Notes: a model not told the origin generated them from the sequence alone. DNA of 64,000 nucleotides from an uncultured Bacteroidota bacterium (GCA_946186925.1 CAMHPA010000007.1:11860-75859); one strand, 5' to 3'; positions 37,299 to 46,774 are shown, counted from the stretch's first letter. Numbers and translations: made by a program.

Positions 37299-39785
37299 TC
37301 ACCCTAACTCCACCACCGTAATTCCCGCGCCGCCGAAATCGACGTGCTCGTCGCGGACGCTGGTCACCACATCGACGGTTTGCAGGTACTCGCGCACCAC
37401 GTTGCGCAGAATGCCGTTGCCCTTGCCGTGCAGAATTTTCACCTCGAAAACGCCTACCATCACGGCTTCGTCAATGAAGGCGGCCACGCGGCTCACGGCC
37501 TCTTCGGCACGCATTCCGCGCACATCGAGTCCGGGCTTGAACGACAGCCGGCGCTGGTTCAACTCGTACGACTGCTGCAGGCTGCCCTGCCGCACGCTCT
37601 TGCGAAGTTTCTTTTTCTCGTCGTCGGTCAGGTGTTGCAAACGGCTGATTTCCACATTCATATATAGGTTGTCGAAAGCCACCACGGCGTTCTTCCCGTT
37701 CAGTTCCATAATCTCGCCCACGGTTGTCTGCCCCTCAATGCGCACTGGCATTCCAATGGTGAAATCGCGCTGGCGCTCCTCAACCACATCGGCGGCCTTC
37801 AGTTGCGCGTCCTGCTTCGATTTCGACGTGCGGACACGATTCTCGCGTTCTTTCAGTTTTTTGATTTTCTGCAAGATACGTTCCTCGTCGTCATTGGTCT
37901 GCTCCATTGCCTGACGCGCCTCATCGAACTGCTGGCGGGCCTGCTTGGTTTTCTCCTTTTCGGCCTGCGACTCGCGAATCTGACGTATCGTATTTTCAAT
38001 CAGCCTGTTGGAATCGGCCAATAGGCGTTTGGCGTCGTCTTTCGATTTTGTCATCAACTCCTTGCGGAAACGTTTCGTCTCGTCGAGTTCGCGTTTTTCG
38101 GTCTCCATCATCTCCTCCAAGCGGCGCTCTATCTTGCGGATATTCTCGCGTTTACGCTCCCAATAATATTTGTCGCGGGCAATTTCGCGAAGGTGCTTGT
38201 CGAAATTCAGGTGCTCCTCGCCAACCTTGCTGCGGGCGTCGTCAATCACATCTTGCGGCAGACCAATCTTATAGGCAATCTCGAAGGCGAAACTGCTGCC
38301 CGGCTTGCCCATCTCCATCACAAACATCGGCTCCATCCGGTTGGTGTCGTAAAGCATTGCGCCATTGACAATTCCGTCGTGTCCGGCGGCAAAATGCTTC
38401 AGGTTGGTGTAGTGGGTGGTTATCACGCCGAAAACCTTCGCCTGATTGAGCCGGTCGAGAATGGCTTCGGCAATGGCGCCGCCAAGCATCGGCTCGGTTC
38501 CGGTGCCGAACTCGTCAATCAGAATCAGCGTGCGGCCGTCGGCGTTGCGCACAAAATGCTTCATATTCAGCAAGTGCGAACTATATGTACTTAAGTCATT
38601 ATCAATGCTTTGCTCATCACCAATATCGATAAATAGATTGGTGAAGATTCCGGCGTGGCTTGTCGGCTCCATTGGCACCGGCAGGCCGCACTGCAGCATA
38701 TATTGCAGCAGTCCGACGGTTTTCAGACAGACCGATTTTCCGCCTGCGTTCGGGCCGCTAATGACCAAGATTCGGCTTGCCTCGTCGAGCGCGATATTGA
38801 GCGGCACGAGAGTGCGTCCGGCTTCGCGGAAAGCCTCTTGTAGTATGGGGTGGCGGGCATCGCGCCAATCGATTAGCGGCTTGTCGGACAAGTGCGGCAC
38901 GGCGGCTCCGATCTGCAGCGCATAGCGGGCTTTGGCGCGAATGAAATCGGTGATTCCCAAGAACATAAGTGCATCGTCAAGGTCGTCGGTGTAGGGGCGC
39001 AGATTGTCGGTCAGGGTTCGCAGAATGCGGATAATCTCGCGGCGTTCGGCCGACTCAAGTTCGAGCAGCGCATTGTTGATTTCCACCACCGGCGCAGGCT
39101 CCACATAGCAGGTTTTGCCGGTTGCCGACTCGTCGTGGATAATGCCCATAATGCGGCGCTTTTGCGAAGCGGCAATGGGAATGACCAACCGCCCGTCGCG
39201 GACGGCAAGCGTGGCGTCGGGTTCAACCCAACCTTCCTGCTGCGCATCGGTAATAATGCGGCGAATGAGTTTCGACGCAGCGCCTTGTTTTTCAGCCAAT
39301 TCGCGGCGAATGGCGGCCAATTCGGGCGACGCATTGTCGCGAATCTGCCCCTGACGGCTCATTATGTGCTCAATACTGTCGGTCACGTAAGTGTGCACCG
39401 TCACGTTGGCGGCAATGGCGCTCAATGACGGATAACGCTCCGTGTTCTCCTCTTTCGCAAAAAAACGAGCTATAGCCTTTACCGTTGATAATGAGCGGTA
39501 TAGATTGAAGATTTCTTCTGCTTCGGCAAACGAGCCTTCAACGCGCATCTTGTCGAAAAGCGGCCGAAGGTCGAAGAAGTAGTCGGTCGGAAAATCGACT
39601 TGACTCTGAAGTAGTTGTATAAATTCCGACACTTCGGCAAGACGGTTGCGCACATCGGCGGCCTTTGGCATAAACCGCATTTTGTCTGTCAGCCACCGGC
39701 CCACTTCGCCCAAACAGCAACCCTTCACCGCCTCGCGAACCCGCACGAAATCAATCTTTTGCTCAAAATTATCAGGATAAATCAT
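37299..39785 (-). CDS. mutS2: endonuclease MutS2 (MutS domain plus C-terminal Smr)
   Basis: Walker A GPNAGGKS, a long coiled-coil linker and an Smr domain (LDVRGMRAEEA...ILHGKGNGILR). The ATG at complement 39783..39785 is preferred over the adjacent TTG. Confidence 0.93.
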   Translation of the reverse strand: MIYPDNFEQKIDFVRVREAVKGCCLGEVGRWLTDKMRFMPKAADVRNRLAEVSEFIQLLQSQVDFPTDYFFDLRPLFDKMRVEGSFAEAEEIFNLYRSLSTVKAIARFFAKEENTERYPSLSAIAANVTVHTYVTDSIEHIMSRQGQIRDNASPELAAIRRELAEKQGAASKLIRRIITDAQQEGWVEPDATLAVRDGRLVIPIAASQKRRIMGIIHDESATGKTCYVEPAPVVEINNALLELESAERREIIRILRTLTDNLRPYTDDLDDALMFLGITDFIRAKARYALQIGAAVPHLSDKPLIDWRDARHPILQEAFREAGRTLVPLNIALDEASRILVISGPNAGGKSVCLKTVGLLQYMLQCGLPVPMEPTSHAGIFTNLFIDIGDEQSIDNDLSTYSSHLLNMKHFVRNADGRTLILIDEFGTGTEPMLGGAIAEAILDRLNQAKVFGVITTHYTNLKHFAAGHDGIVNGAMLYDTNRMEPMFVMEMGKPGSSFAFEIAYKIGLPQDVIDDARSKVGEEHLNFDKHLREIARDKYYWERKRENIRKIERRLEEMMETEKRELDETKRFRKELMTKSKDDAKRLLADSNRLIENTIRQIRESQAEKEKTKQARQQFDEARQAMEQTNDDEERILQKIKKLKERENRVRTSKSKQDAQLKAADVVEERQRDFTIGMPVRIEGQTTVGEIMELNGKNAVVAFDNLYMNVEISRLQHLTDDEKKKLRKSVRQGSLQQSYELNQRRLSFKPGLDVRGMRAEEAVSRVAAFIDEAVMVGVFEVKILHGKGNGILRNVVREYLQTVDVVTSVRDEHVDFGGAGITVVELG

Positions 39786-39817
39786 CAAAAATCATTTTCG
39801 ACAAAGGTAAGGAAAAT

Positions 39818-39865
39818 GTAGGGACGCACCGCGTGCGTCCGCATAACCGCGTGCGGTGGATTTTT
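39818..39865. repeat. hairpin repeat copy A (GGACGCAC-CGC-GTGCGTCC, then ACCGC-GT-GCGGT, then T9)
   Basis: 8-bp perfect stem at 39822-39829 and 39833-39840. The T9 run at 39861-39869 gives a + strand terminator-like shape, although no + strand gene lies upstream. Confidence 0.8.
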
Positions 39866-39899
39866 TTTTCGCACAGATTACACAGATGACGCAGATTTC

Positions 39900-39946
39900 G
39901 TATGGACGTACTGCGTGCGTCCGTTTAACCGCTCACGTCGGATTTT
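39900..39946. repeat. hairpin repeat copy B (GGACGTAC-TGC-GTGCGTCC)
   Basis: Aligns with copy A over 47 nt with about 9 mismatches, offset by 82 bp in the same orientation. Confidence 0.75.
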
Positions 39947-39965
39947 GATGGTTGCTAAAATCATC

Positions 39966-39990
39966 AAAAAGGGAGAATCATTTGATTCTC
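39966..39990 (-). terminator. possible terminator of the AAA-ATPase gene
   Basis: GAGAATCA pairs with TGATTCTC in a palindrome at 39973-39990, followed on the minus strand by CC and T5. It lies 116 nt after the stop. Confidence 0.4.
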
Positions 39991-40105
39991 ACAAATGTAT
40001 CTCGGATAACACCAGCAACTTGCGTACCGTTTCGCATTCCTGACACTAGTGTGGACCCCTCGATGCAAAAAGAATCACCAATTCGCTTCCGCATTATCAC
40101 AGAAA

Positions 40106-41452
40106 CTACATCACCGCCGCCATATAAGTCGGCAAACACAGCACACCATTTTTGGTTGTCAGGTCGGCATTGTGCAGAATGTATGGCGTGGCAAGCTGTT
40201 CTGCGAACTTCTGCCCAAACTTTGTCAGCGAAGCAAACGCGTAGTTCTTGCCCGATTTCACCTCGATTGGAGAAATGTTATGTCGGCTTGTCAGCGATGA
40301 CTTTGAAATCAGAAAATCGATTTCCATACGGTCGTCTGCGTCTTTCGAGGTGTTGCTGTAGAAATAAAGCCGATGACCGCTTGCCACAAGCATTTGAGCC
40401 ACAATATTCTCTGTCAGATAACCCATATTGGACTCCAACTTGCCCAGCAGTATTTTCTCGTATAGCTGCGTTGGCACCGCCCCCCGCTCGTCGAAGGCCA
40501 TACTGATGAGCAATCCTGTATCGGCCATATAGCATTTCAGGCGGGTGCGGTCGGTGTTCATATGCAATCCGATGTTTGGTGCTGTCGAGTTGTAGCAGAT
40601 GTTCACAATCCGCGAATCATATAGCCAGAAAAACGAGCTCTCGTAATTAGTATATCGGGCATTGGGGTCCAAATCAGTCAGTTGAAAATTGCGCTCGTGG
40701 CGTTGCAGTTGCCCGGGAATATCCTCGAAAACCAGTGCGGCCTTTGTTTCTGCGCCCGTTGCGTATTTCTTGATGTCGTTGCGATAGAGGGTCAGGATTT
40801 GCTGTTTCTCGCGCTCAACTGCCTTAAAATCTTTGGTTTTAGCGTATGCTTCAACAGCTTTTGGCATTCCACCAACCAACATATATAGCCGCAGATATTC
40901 CATCGCTTTTCGGTGAATTGGCCCCAATGGTTTTAGGTTTCCAAATTGCTCACGGATATAGTCCATCAGCCCGTCCTCACCTATGGCCCACATAAACTCC
41001 TCAAAATCCATCGGATACATCTGTACGGCAAACTCCTCTGATGGAATCATTATCTCTTTAACATTCTTTTTGATGCTGATGAGCGAGCCAGTTTCGATGT
41101 AGTCGAAACGGCCATCGGCCACTAAATATTTGATGGCGGCGCGCGCTTTGGGGTAGAGCTGCACCTCGTCGAACACTATCACAGACTGCCGCTCGCGCAA
41201 TTTCACTCCGTGATGCAGCTGTAGTAGCTGAAGGAAACGGTCGGTGTCGTTCAGATAGTTGTCGAAGATGTCGCGGTCCTCATTATCAAGATGGTTGAAA
41301 TCGATGATGATGCACGATTTGTATTCGTTTCGGGCGAATTGTTCAACCGAGTAACTTTTTCCAATACGCCGAGCTCCTTCGAGCAGCAAGGCTGATTTCC
41401 CTTGTGATTGGTTTTTCCAATCCAGCATCTCGTTGTAAATCTTGCGTTTCAT
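40106..41452 (-). CDS. AAA+ ATPase fused to a C-terminal PD-(D/E)xK nuclease-like domain (COG1373 / DUF4143-type architecture)
   Basis: Walker A GARRIGKS and Walker B VIVFDEVQ. The C-terminus carries D...EIDFLI...ISPIEVKSG, a restriction-endonuclease-like D-ExK pattern. Confidence 0.85.
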   Translation of the reverse strand: MKRKIYNEMLDWKNQSQGKSALLLEGARRIGKSYSVEQFARNEYKSCIIIDFNHLDNEDRDIFDNYLNDTDRFLQLLQLHHGVKLRERQSVIVFDEVQLYPKARAAIKYLVADGRFDYIETGSLISIKKNVKEIMIPSEEFAVQMYPMDFEEFMWAIGEDGLMDYIREQFGNLKPLGPIHRKAMEYLRLYMLVGGMPKAVEAYAKTKDFKAVEREKQQILTLYRNDIKKYATGAETKAALVFEDIPGQLQRHERNFQLTDLDPNARYTNYESSFFWLYDSRIVNICYNSTAPNIGLHMNTDRTRLKCYMADTGLLISMAFDERGAVPTQLYEKILLGKLESNMGYLTENIVAQMLVASGHRLYFYSNTSKDADDRMEIDFLISKSSLTSRHNISPIEVKSGKNYAFASLTKFGQKFAEQLATPYILHNADLTTKNGVLCLPTYMAAVM

Positions 41453-41490
41453 AAATAGAGTTTCATATCATTCCGCTGACAAAAATAATA

Positions 41491-41622
41491 AAATTTCACA
41501 TTTCCGAGGTGTTGTGACTATGAAAATTTCACATTTCCGACCTATTTTAATGGGTGAAATTTCACATTTCCGAGGTGTTGTGATCATAAAAATTTCACAT
41601 TTCCGAGGTGAAACTGGCAAAA
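41491..41622. repeat. tandem array of 4 x 33 bp with core AAATTTCACATTTCCGA
   Basis: The identical 17-mer core starts at 41491, 41524, 41557 and 41590, an exact 33-bp period. Units 1 and 3 share 27 nt (core plus GGTGTTGTGA). Unit 4 shares 21 nt. Confidence 0.95.
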
Positions 41623-41761
41623 ACGAGCATTGCTTATGGCAAAAACCATACATTCACTATGACTCTGCAAGAACTTCCAAATCTCACAACTTTTCAACAA
41701 TCGTTTCATTCGTCGAATCATTTTCCTACAATTGCCGACGCAATCAAACAAGGCCGGAAGA

Positions 41762-43750
41762 ATGGGCAAAAACCTATATATTGCAGAGAAACCGAGTGTG
41801 GCTCAAGAGTTTGCGAAGGCGCTCAAAGAGAGTATGTCGCGCGGCGACGGCTATCTTGAAGGCGACCGCAGCATTGTCACGTGGTGCGTGGGCCACCTGG
41901 TGACGATGAGTTACCCCGACGCCTACGACCCCACGCTCAAGCGATGGGACGAGAGCACTCTGCCGTTTCTGCCGCAAAACTTTCTGTATGAAGTGATTCC
42001 GAGCGTCAGCAAGCAGTTCGGAATTGTGAGTGGGCTGCTCAACCGCGCCGATGTCGATTGCATTTACGTCTGCACCGACTCGGGCCGCGAGGGTGAGTAC
42101 ATTTACCGCCTTGTGGACCAAATGGCCAAGGTGCCCGCCGACAAGCAGCGCCGCCGCGTCTGGATTGACTCGCAGACCGAAGAGGAAATTCTGCGCGGAA
42201 TACGCGAGGCCAAGCCGCTCACCGAGTACAACAGCCTTTCCGATGCGGCCTATCTGCGCGCCAAAGAGGACTACCTGATGGGTATCAACTTCAGCCGCAT
42301 ACTCACTTTGAAATACGGCTACACCGTGCGCCGTTTCTTGAATCTCGACAAGATTGGCGCCATATCGGTGGGTCGCGTGATGACCTGCGTTTTGGGAATG
42401 GTGGTGCGCCGCGAGCGCGAAATCCGAGCCTTTGTCAAGACGCCGTTCTACCGCATTATGGGCAACTTCGCTTTAAGCGAAACCGACTCGTTTTCAGGCG
42501 AATGGCGCGCCGTTAAGGGTTCGAAATACTTCGAGTCGCCACTATTATATAAGGAAAACGGGTTCCGCCGCCGCGAAGATGCCGAGCAGTGCATTGCAAT
42601 GATGCAACAGTCTGGCAGCGAGGCTGTTATTGTCAATATTGATAAGAAAAAAGAGAAGAAAAATCCGCCGCTGCTTTTCAACCTTGCCGAGTTGCAGAAC
42701 GAGTGCTCGAAACTCTTCAAAGTGAGTCCCGACGAGACTTTGCAGATAGTGCAGGACATGTACGAGAAGAAGTTGGTGACTTATCCGCGTACCGATGCGC
42801 GCGTGCTGTCGTCGGCAGTGGCTAAGGAAATTACGAAAAATCTGCACGGACTGGCCACCCGCCCTGAATATCTGGAACTTACAAAGCAGGTGAAGCAGCA
42901 CGGGCTCTACGCCACCATTGGCAAAAGCCGCTACACCGACGACAAGCAGATAACCGACCACTACGCCATAATCCCCACGGGGCAAGGCTTTCAGGCGCTC
43001 GACGGCTGTTCTGAAACGGCCCGCGGCGTTTACGACCGCATTGTTCGCCGCTTTCTGGCGATATTTTTTCCGCCTGCCGAATACAGCAAGGTCAGCATTG
43101 AGTTGACGGTTGGCACCGAGCATTTCTTCGCCAACTTCAAAATTCTGACTTCGCCTGGCTACCTGACAGTTATGGGTGACACACCAAAAACCGATGACGA
43201 CAAGCAGCAGGACGAGGTGCTCGACACCAACCAATTCGAGTTGGTGAGCAAACTTAAAAAAGGCTCTGTGCTGCCCGTGGCTGGATACGAGTTGAAAGAG
43301 GGCGAGACGTCGCCGCCGAAACGCTACAATTCGGGCTCGCTCATTCTGGCAATGGAAAACGCTGGCCAACTAATTGAAGACGAAGAACTTCGGGCGCAAA
43401 TCAAAGGAAGCGGAATCGGCACAAGCGCCACCCGTGCCGAGATTTTGAAAAAGTTGGTGAATATCGATTATCTGAACCTGAACAAAAAGACGCAGATTGT
43501 AACCCCCGCCAAGTTGGGCGAGATTGTGTATGAGGTTGTCGATGCGTCAATCCGTCCGCTGCTAAACGCCGAGCTGACAGCAAGTTGGGAAAAGGGCCTG
43601 ACAATGGTTGCCAACGGCGAAATCGGTGAGCAGGAATATTTGGCAAAACTCGAGGCTTTTGTCCGCAAACTCACCGACAGCGTTAAAATGGTGCGGAATC
43701 AGGCGTCGCTAACGCCGGCATTCAGCGCGGTGGATGGGTATTACAAGTAA
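41762..43750 (+). CDS. topB: DNA topoisomerase III
   Basis: MGKNLYIAEKPSVA N-terminus, TOPRIM motif CTDSGREGE and an active-site Tyr motif LVTYPRTD. Start trimmed by 10 codons from the track ORF. Confidence 0.9.
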   Translation: MGKNLYIAEKPSVAQEFAKALKESMSRGDGYLEGDRSIVTWCVGHLVTMSYPDAYDPTLKRWDESTLPFLPQNFLYEVIPSVSKQFGIVSGLLNRADVDCIYVCTDSGREGEYIYRLVDQMAKVPADKQRRRVWIDSQTEEEILRGIREAKPLTEYNSLSDAAYLRAKEDYLMGINFSRILTLKYGYTVRRFLNLDKIGAISVGRVMTCVLGMVVRREREIRAFVKTPFYRIMGNFALSETDSFSGEWRAVKGSKYFESPLLYKENGFRRREDAEQCIAMMQQSGSEAVIVNIDKKKEKKNPPLLFNLAELQNECSKLFKVSPDETLQIVQDMYEKKLVTYPRTDARVLSSAVAKEITKNLHGLATRPEYLELTKQVKQHGLYATIGKSRYTDDKQITDHYAIIPTGQGFQALDGCSETARGVYDRIVRRFLAIFFPPAEYSKVSIELTVGTEHFFANFKILTSPGYLTVMGDTPKTDDDKQQDEVLDTNQFELVSKLKKGSVLPVAGYELKEGETSPPKRYNSGSLILAMENAGQLIEDEELRAQIKGSGIGTSATRAEILKKLVNIDYLNLNKKTQIVTPAKLGEIVYEVVDASIRPLLNAELTASWEKGLTMVANGEIGEQEYLAKLEAFVRKLTDSVKMVRNQASLTPAFSAVDGYYK

Positions 43751-43815
43751 CGTGACTGAAAATATAAGGGATAGATTCTTATACTGTTGTTGATCCATTT
43801 TTTTCGTTCAATCAG

Positions 43816-43845
43816 TTTGCCGACAAACACCATTTGCTATTTTTG
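43816..43845 (+). promoter_or_regulatory. candidate Bacteroidota sigma-A-type promoter for valS (-33 TTTG, -7 TAnnTTTG)
   Basis: TTTG at 43816-43819 and TATTTTTG at 43838-43845. The 18-nt spacer is slightly short of the usual 19-21 nt. The element is about 60 nt upstream of the valS ATG. Confidence 0.3.
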
Positions 43846-43907
43846 CAGTTCTTTTTAAACGAGTTGACTTTTATCGGAAAACGTAACAATTTGAAATCGA
43901 AATAGAA

Positions 43908-46619
43908 ATGAAAAAGGAACTTGAGACAAGGTACAATCCGGCTGCGGCCGAAGAAAAATGGTACAAGTTCTGGATGGACAACAAATTCTTCCATTCTGAA
44001 CCCGACCACCGCACACCATATACTATTGTGATTCCGCCGCCGAACGTTACCGGCGTGCTGCATATGGGCCATATGCTCAACAACACCATTCAGGACATTC
44101 TGGTGCGCCGCGCCCGTATGATGGACCGCAACGCCTGCTGGGTGCCCGGCACCGACCACGCTTCAATCGCCACCGAGGCAAAGGTTGTGAAGAAGTTGGC
44201 CGATATGGGTATCAAAAAGCGCGACCTGACTCGCGAGGAGTTCCTGAAATACGCCTGGGAGTGGAAGGAAGAGCACGGCGGCGTGATTCTTGAACAACTC
44301 AAGAAGTTGGGCGCTTCGTGCGACTGGGACCGCACCGCTTTCACAATGGACGACGTGCGCAGCGAATCGGTTTTGCGCGTGTTTGTCGATTTATACCGCA
44401 AAGGTTTGATTTACCGCGGTTTGCGAATGGTAAACTGGGATCCGAAGGCACAGACCGTGCTGAGCACCGAGGAGGTTATCTATCGCGAAGAGAAAAGCAA
44501 ATTATACTATCTGCGTTATTATGTGGCTGATGCCGACGCAAACCCTGTGAAACCCACTGGCGCGGAAGGCGAAATCATCCATAAAGACGCAAAAGGCTAC
44601 TACGCTGTGGTGGCCACCACCCGTCCGGAGACAATTATGGGCGATACTGCAATGTGTATCAATCCGAAAGACCCGAAAAACCAATGGTTGCGCGGTCATA
44701 AGGTGATTGTGCCGCTTGTTGGGCGAGTTATTCCGGTTATCGAAGACCGCTATGTTGACATTGAGTTTGGTACTGGCTGTCTGAAAGTTACGCCTGCCCA
44801 CGATGCCAACGACTACGCTCTCGGTCAGACTCACAATCTGGAGACAATCGACATTTTCAACCCCGATGGAACGCTGTCGGAAGCCGCTGGACTCTATGTC
44901 GGTCAGGACCGTATGGATGTGCGCAAGCAGATTGCCATCGACCTTCAAAACGCCGGCCTGATGGAGAAAATTGAGGATTACGACAACAAGGTGGGCTACT
45001 CGGAGCGCAATCAGGATACGGCCGTGGAGCCGCGCCTGTGCAAGCAGTGGTTCCTGTCGATGAAGCATTTCGCCGACATTGCACTGCCGCCCGTGCTCGA
45101 AGGGAAAATCAAGTTCCACCCCAACAAATACGTATCGACCTACCGCAACTGGCTCGAGAATATTCAGGATTGGTGTATCAGCCGCCAACTCTGGTGGGGA
45201 CACCGCATTCCGGCTTATTTCTTGCCGACAGCCGAAGGCGAGGAAGAGAAATTTGTGGTTGCGCTCACAGCCGATGAGGCTCTGGCCGAAGCACGCAAAA
45301 TCAAGGGTTACGAGAACATCACCGCCGACCAACTGCGTCACGATGAGGATGCGCTCGACACTTGGTTCTCGTCGTGGTTGTGGCCTGTCTCGCTTTTCAA
45401 CGGCATTAATAACCCTGGAAATAAGGAGATTAACTACTATTACCCCACTTGCGACCTTGTCACGGGCCCCGACATTATCTTCTTCTGGGTTGCCCGAATG
45501 ATTATGGCTGGCGAGGAGTATCAGCACGATGTGCCGTTCCGCAACGTTTATTTCACTGGTATTGTGCGCGATAAGTTGGGCCGCAAGATGTCGAAATCGC
45601 TCGGCAACTCACCCGACCCGCTCAAACTTATTGCCGACTACGGCGCCGATGGCGTGCGTGTGGGAATGTTGCTCTGCTCGCCTGCTGGCGGCGATTTGCT
45701 TTACGATGACTCGCTGCCTGAGCAAGGCCGCAACTTCGCCAACAAGATTTGGAACGCTTTCCGCTTGGTTTACAGTTGGAATGTGGATGACAAACTGCCG
45801 CAGCCCGAAGCCGCGCGCGTGGCAATTGAGTGGTTCAACCAAAAACTGAGCAGCACCATTGTGCAACTCAACGACCACTTCGATAAGTTCCGCCTGTCGG
45901 AGGCGCTGATGACCGTTTACCGCCTGTTCTGGGACGAGTTCTCGGCTTGGTTCCTTGAGATGGTCAAGCCCGCTTACCAAACGGCTTGCGACGCCACAAC
46001 TTATAATGCTGTGATTGAGTTGTTTGAGAAGATGCTCAAACTGCTGCACCCATTTATGCCGTTCATTACCGAAGAGATTTGGCAGTCGATTAAGGAGCGC
46101 CAAACCACTGACAGCCTGATAGTTGCCAAATGGCCCGAGGCTGGAGCGTTCAACGAAGATTATCTGGCAGAATTCGAGAATGTTAAGCAGACAATTGCCG
46201 AAATCCGCACCGTCCGCACCGACAAGAAAATCCCGAACCGCGATGCAATCAAACTCTTTGTGAACAAAGGCAGCAAAGGGTACAACGCTCAGTTCGACAG
46301 CGTGATAGCAAAGATGGGCAACACCGAATCGATTGAGATTGTCAGCCAAAAAGTCGACGGCACAGTCGCCTTTATGGTTCAGACAACTGAATTCTACGTT
46401 CCGTTCGGCAGCAATATCGATGTCGAGGCCGAACTGGCCAAACTGCAAGCCGACCGCACTTATCTGGAAGGCTTCCTACAGTCGGTAATGAAGAAACTCT
46501 CGAACGAGAAGTTTGTGAACGGAGCCCCTGCAGCCGTTGTTGAGAACGAGCGCAAGAAGCAAGCCGATGCCGAAGCAAAAATAAAAGCCATCGACGAGCA
46601 GATTAAAGCGCTAAGTTAA
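43908..46619 (+). CDS. valS: valine-tRNA ligase
   Basis: HIGH-type motif ([11 protein letters not shown]), KMSKS motif and a C-terminal coiled coil. Confidence 0.96.
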   Translation: MKKELETRYNPAAAEEKWYKFWMDNKFFHSEPDHRTPYTIVIPPPNVTGVLHMGHMLNNTIQDILVRRARMMDRNACWVPGTDHASIATEAKVVKKLADMGIKKRDLTREEFLKYAWEWKEEHGGVILEQLKKLGASCDWDRTAFTMDDVRSESVLRVFVDLYRKGLIYRGLRMVNWDPKAQTVLSTEEVIYREEKSKLYYLRYYVADADANPVKPTGAEGEIIHKDAKGYYAVVATTRPETIMGDTAMCINPKDPKNQWLRGHKVIVPLVGRVIPVIEDRYVDIEFGTGCLKVTPAHDANDYALGQTHNLETIDIFNPDGTLSEAAGLYVGQDRMDVRKQIAIDLQNAGLMEKIEDYDNKVGYSERNQDTAVEPRLCKQWFLSMKHFADIALPPVLEGKIKFHPNKYVSTYRNWLENIQDWCISRQLWWGHRIPAYFLPTAEGEEEKFVVALTADEALAEARKIKGYENITADQLRHDEDALDTWFSSWLWPVSLFNGINNPGNKEINYYYPTCDLVTGPDIIFFWVARMIMAGEEYQHDVPFRNVYFTGIVRDKLGRKMSKSLGNSPDPLKLIADYGADGVRVGMLLCSPAGGDLLYDDSLPEQGRNFANKIWNAFRLVYSWNVDDKLPQPEAARVAIEWFNQKLSSTIVQLNDHFDKFRLSEALMTVYRLFWDEFSAWFLEMVKPAYQTACDATTYNAVIELFEKMLKLLHPFMPFITEEIWQSIKERQTTDSLIVAKWPEAGAFNEDYLAEFENVKQTIAEIRTVRTDKKIPNRDAIKLFVNKGSKGYNAQFDSVIAKMGNTESIEIVSQKVDGTVAFMVQTTEFYVPFGSNIDVEAELAKLQADRTYLEGFLQSVMKKLSNEKFVNGAPAAVVENERKKQADAEAKIKAIDEQIKALS

Positions 46620-46647
46620 GAAACTTGCTGATATATAGCACAAAAAC

Positions 46648-46680
46648 AAAGTCCGCAGCCTGATTGGGTGCGGACTTTTT
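46648..46680 (+). terminator. rho-independent terminator after valS
   Basis: GTCCGCA (46651-57) pairs with TGCGGAC (46669-75), followed by T5. Confidence 0.7.
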
Positions 46681-46774
46681 GTTATATGTTATATAGGTGT
46701 TGCAAGCTTAAAAATGGAAACGCGCAATTGGCATATTTTTATATATTTGCCCCCGATTTTATAAAAGGTGATCT

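Noticed and set aside
41491-41622. CRISPR array interpretation of the 33-bp repeats
   Set aside because: There are only four units, the variable parts are just 6-16 nt, the units are related to each other beyond the core, and no cas genes or leader lie nearby.
41442-41903. 153-aa + strand ORF spanning the repeat array
   Set aside because: It would overlap the ATPase start on one side and 142 nt of topB, including its canonical N-terminus, on the other. It is most likely an artefact of a stop-free repeat whose length is a multiple of 3.
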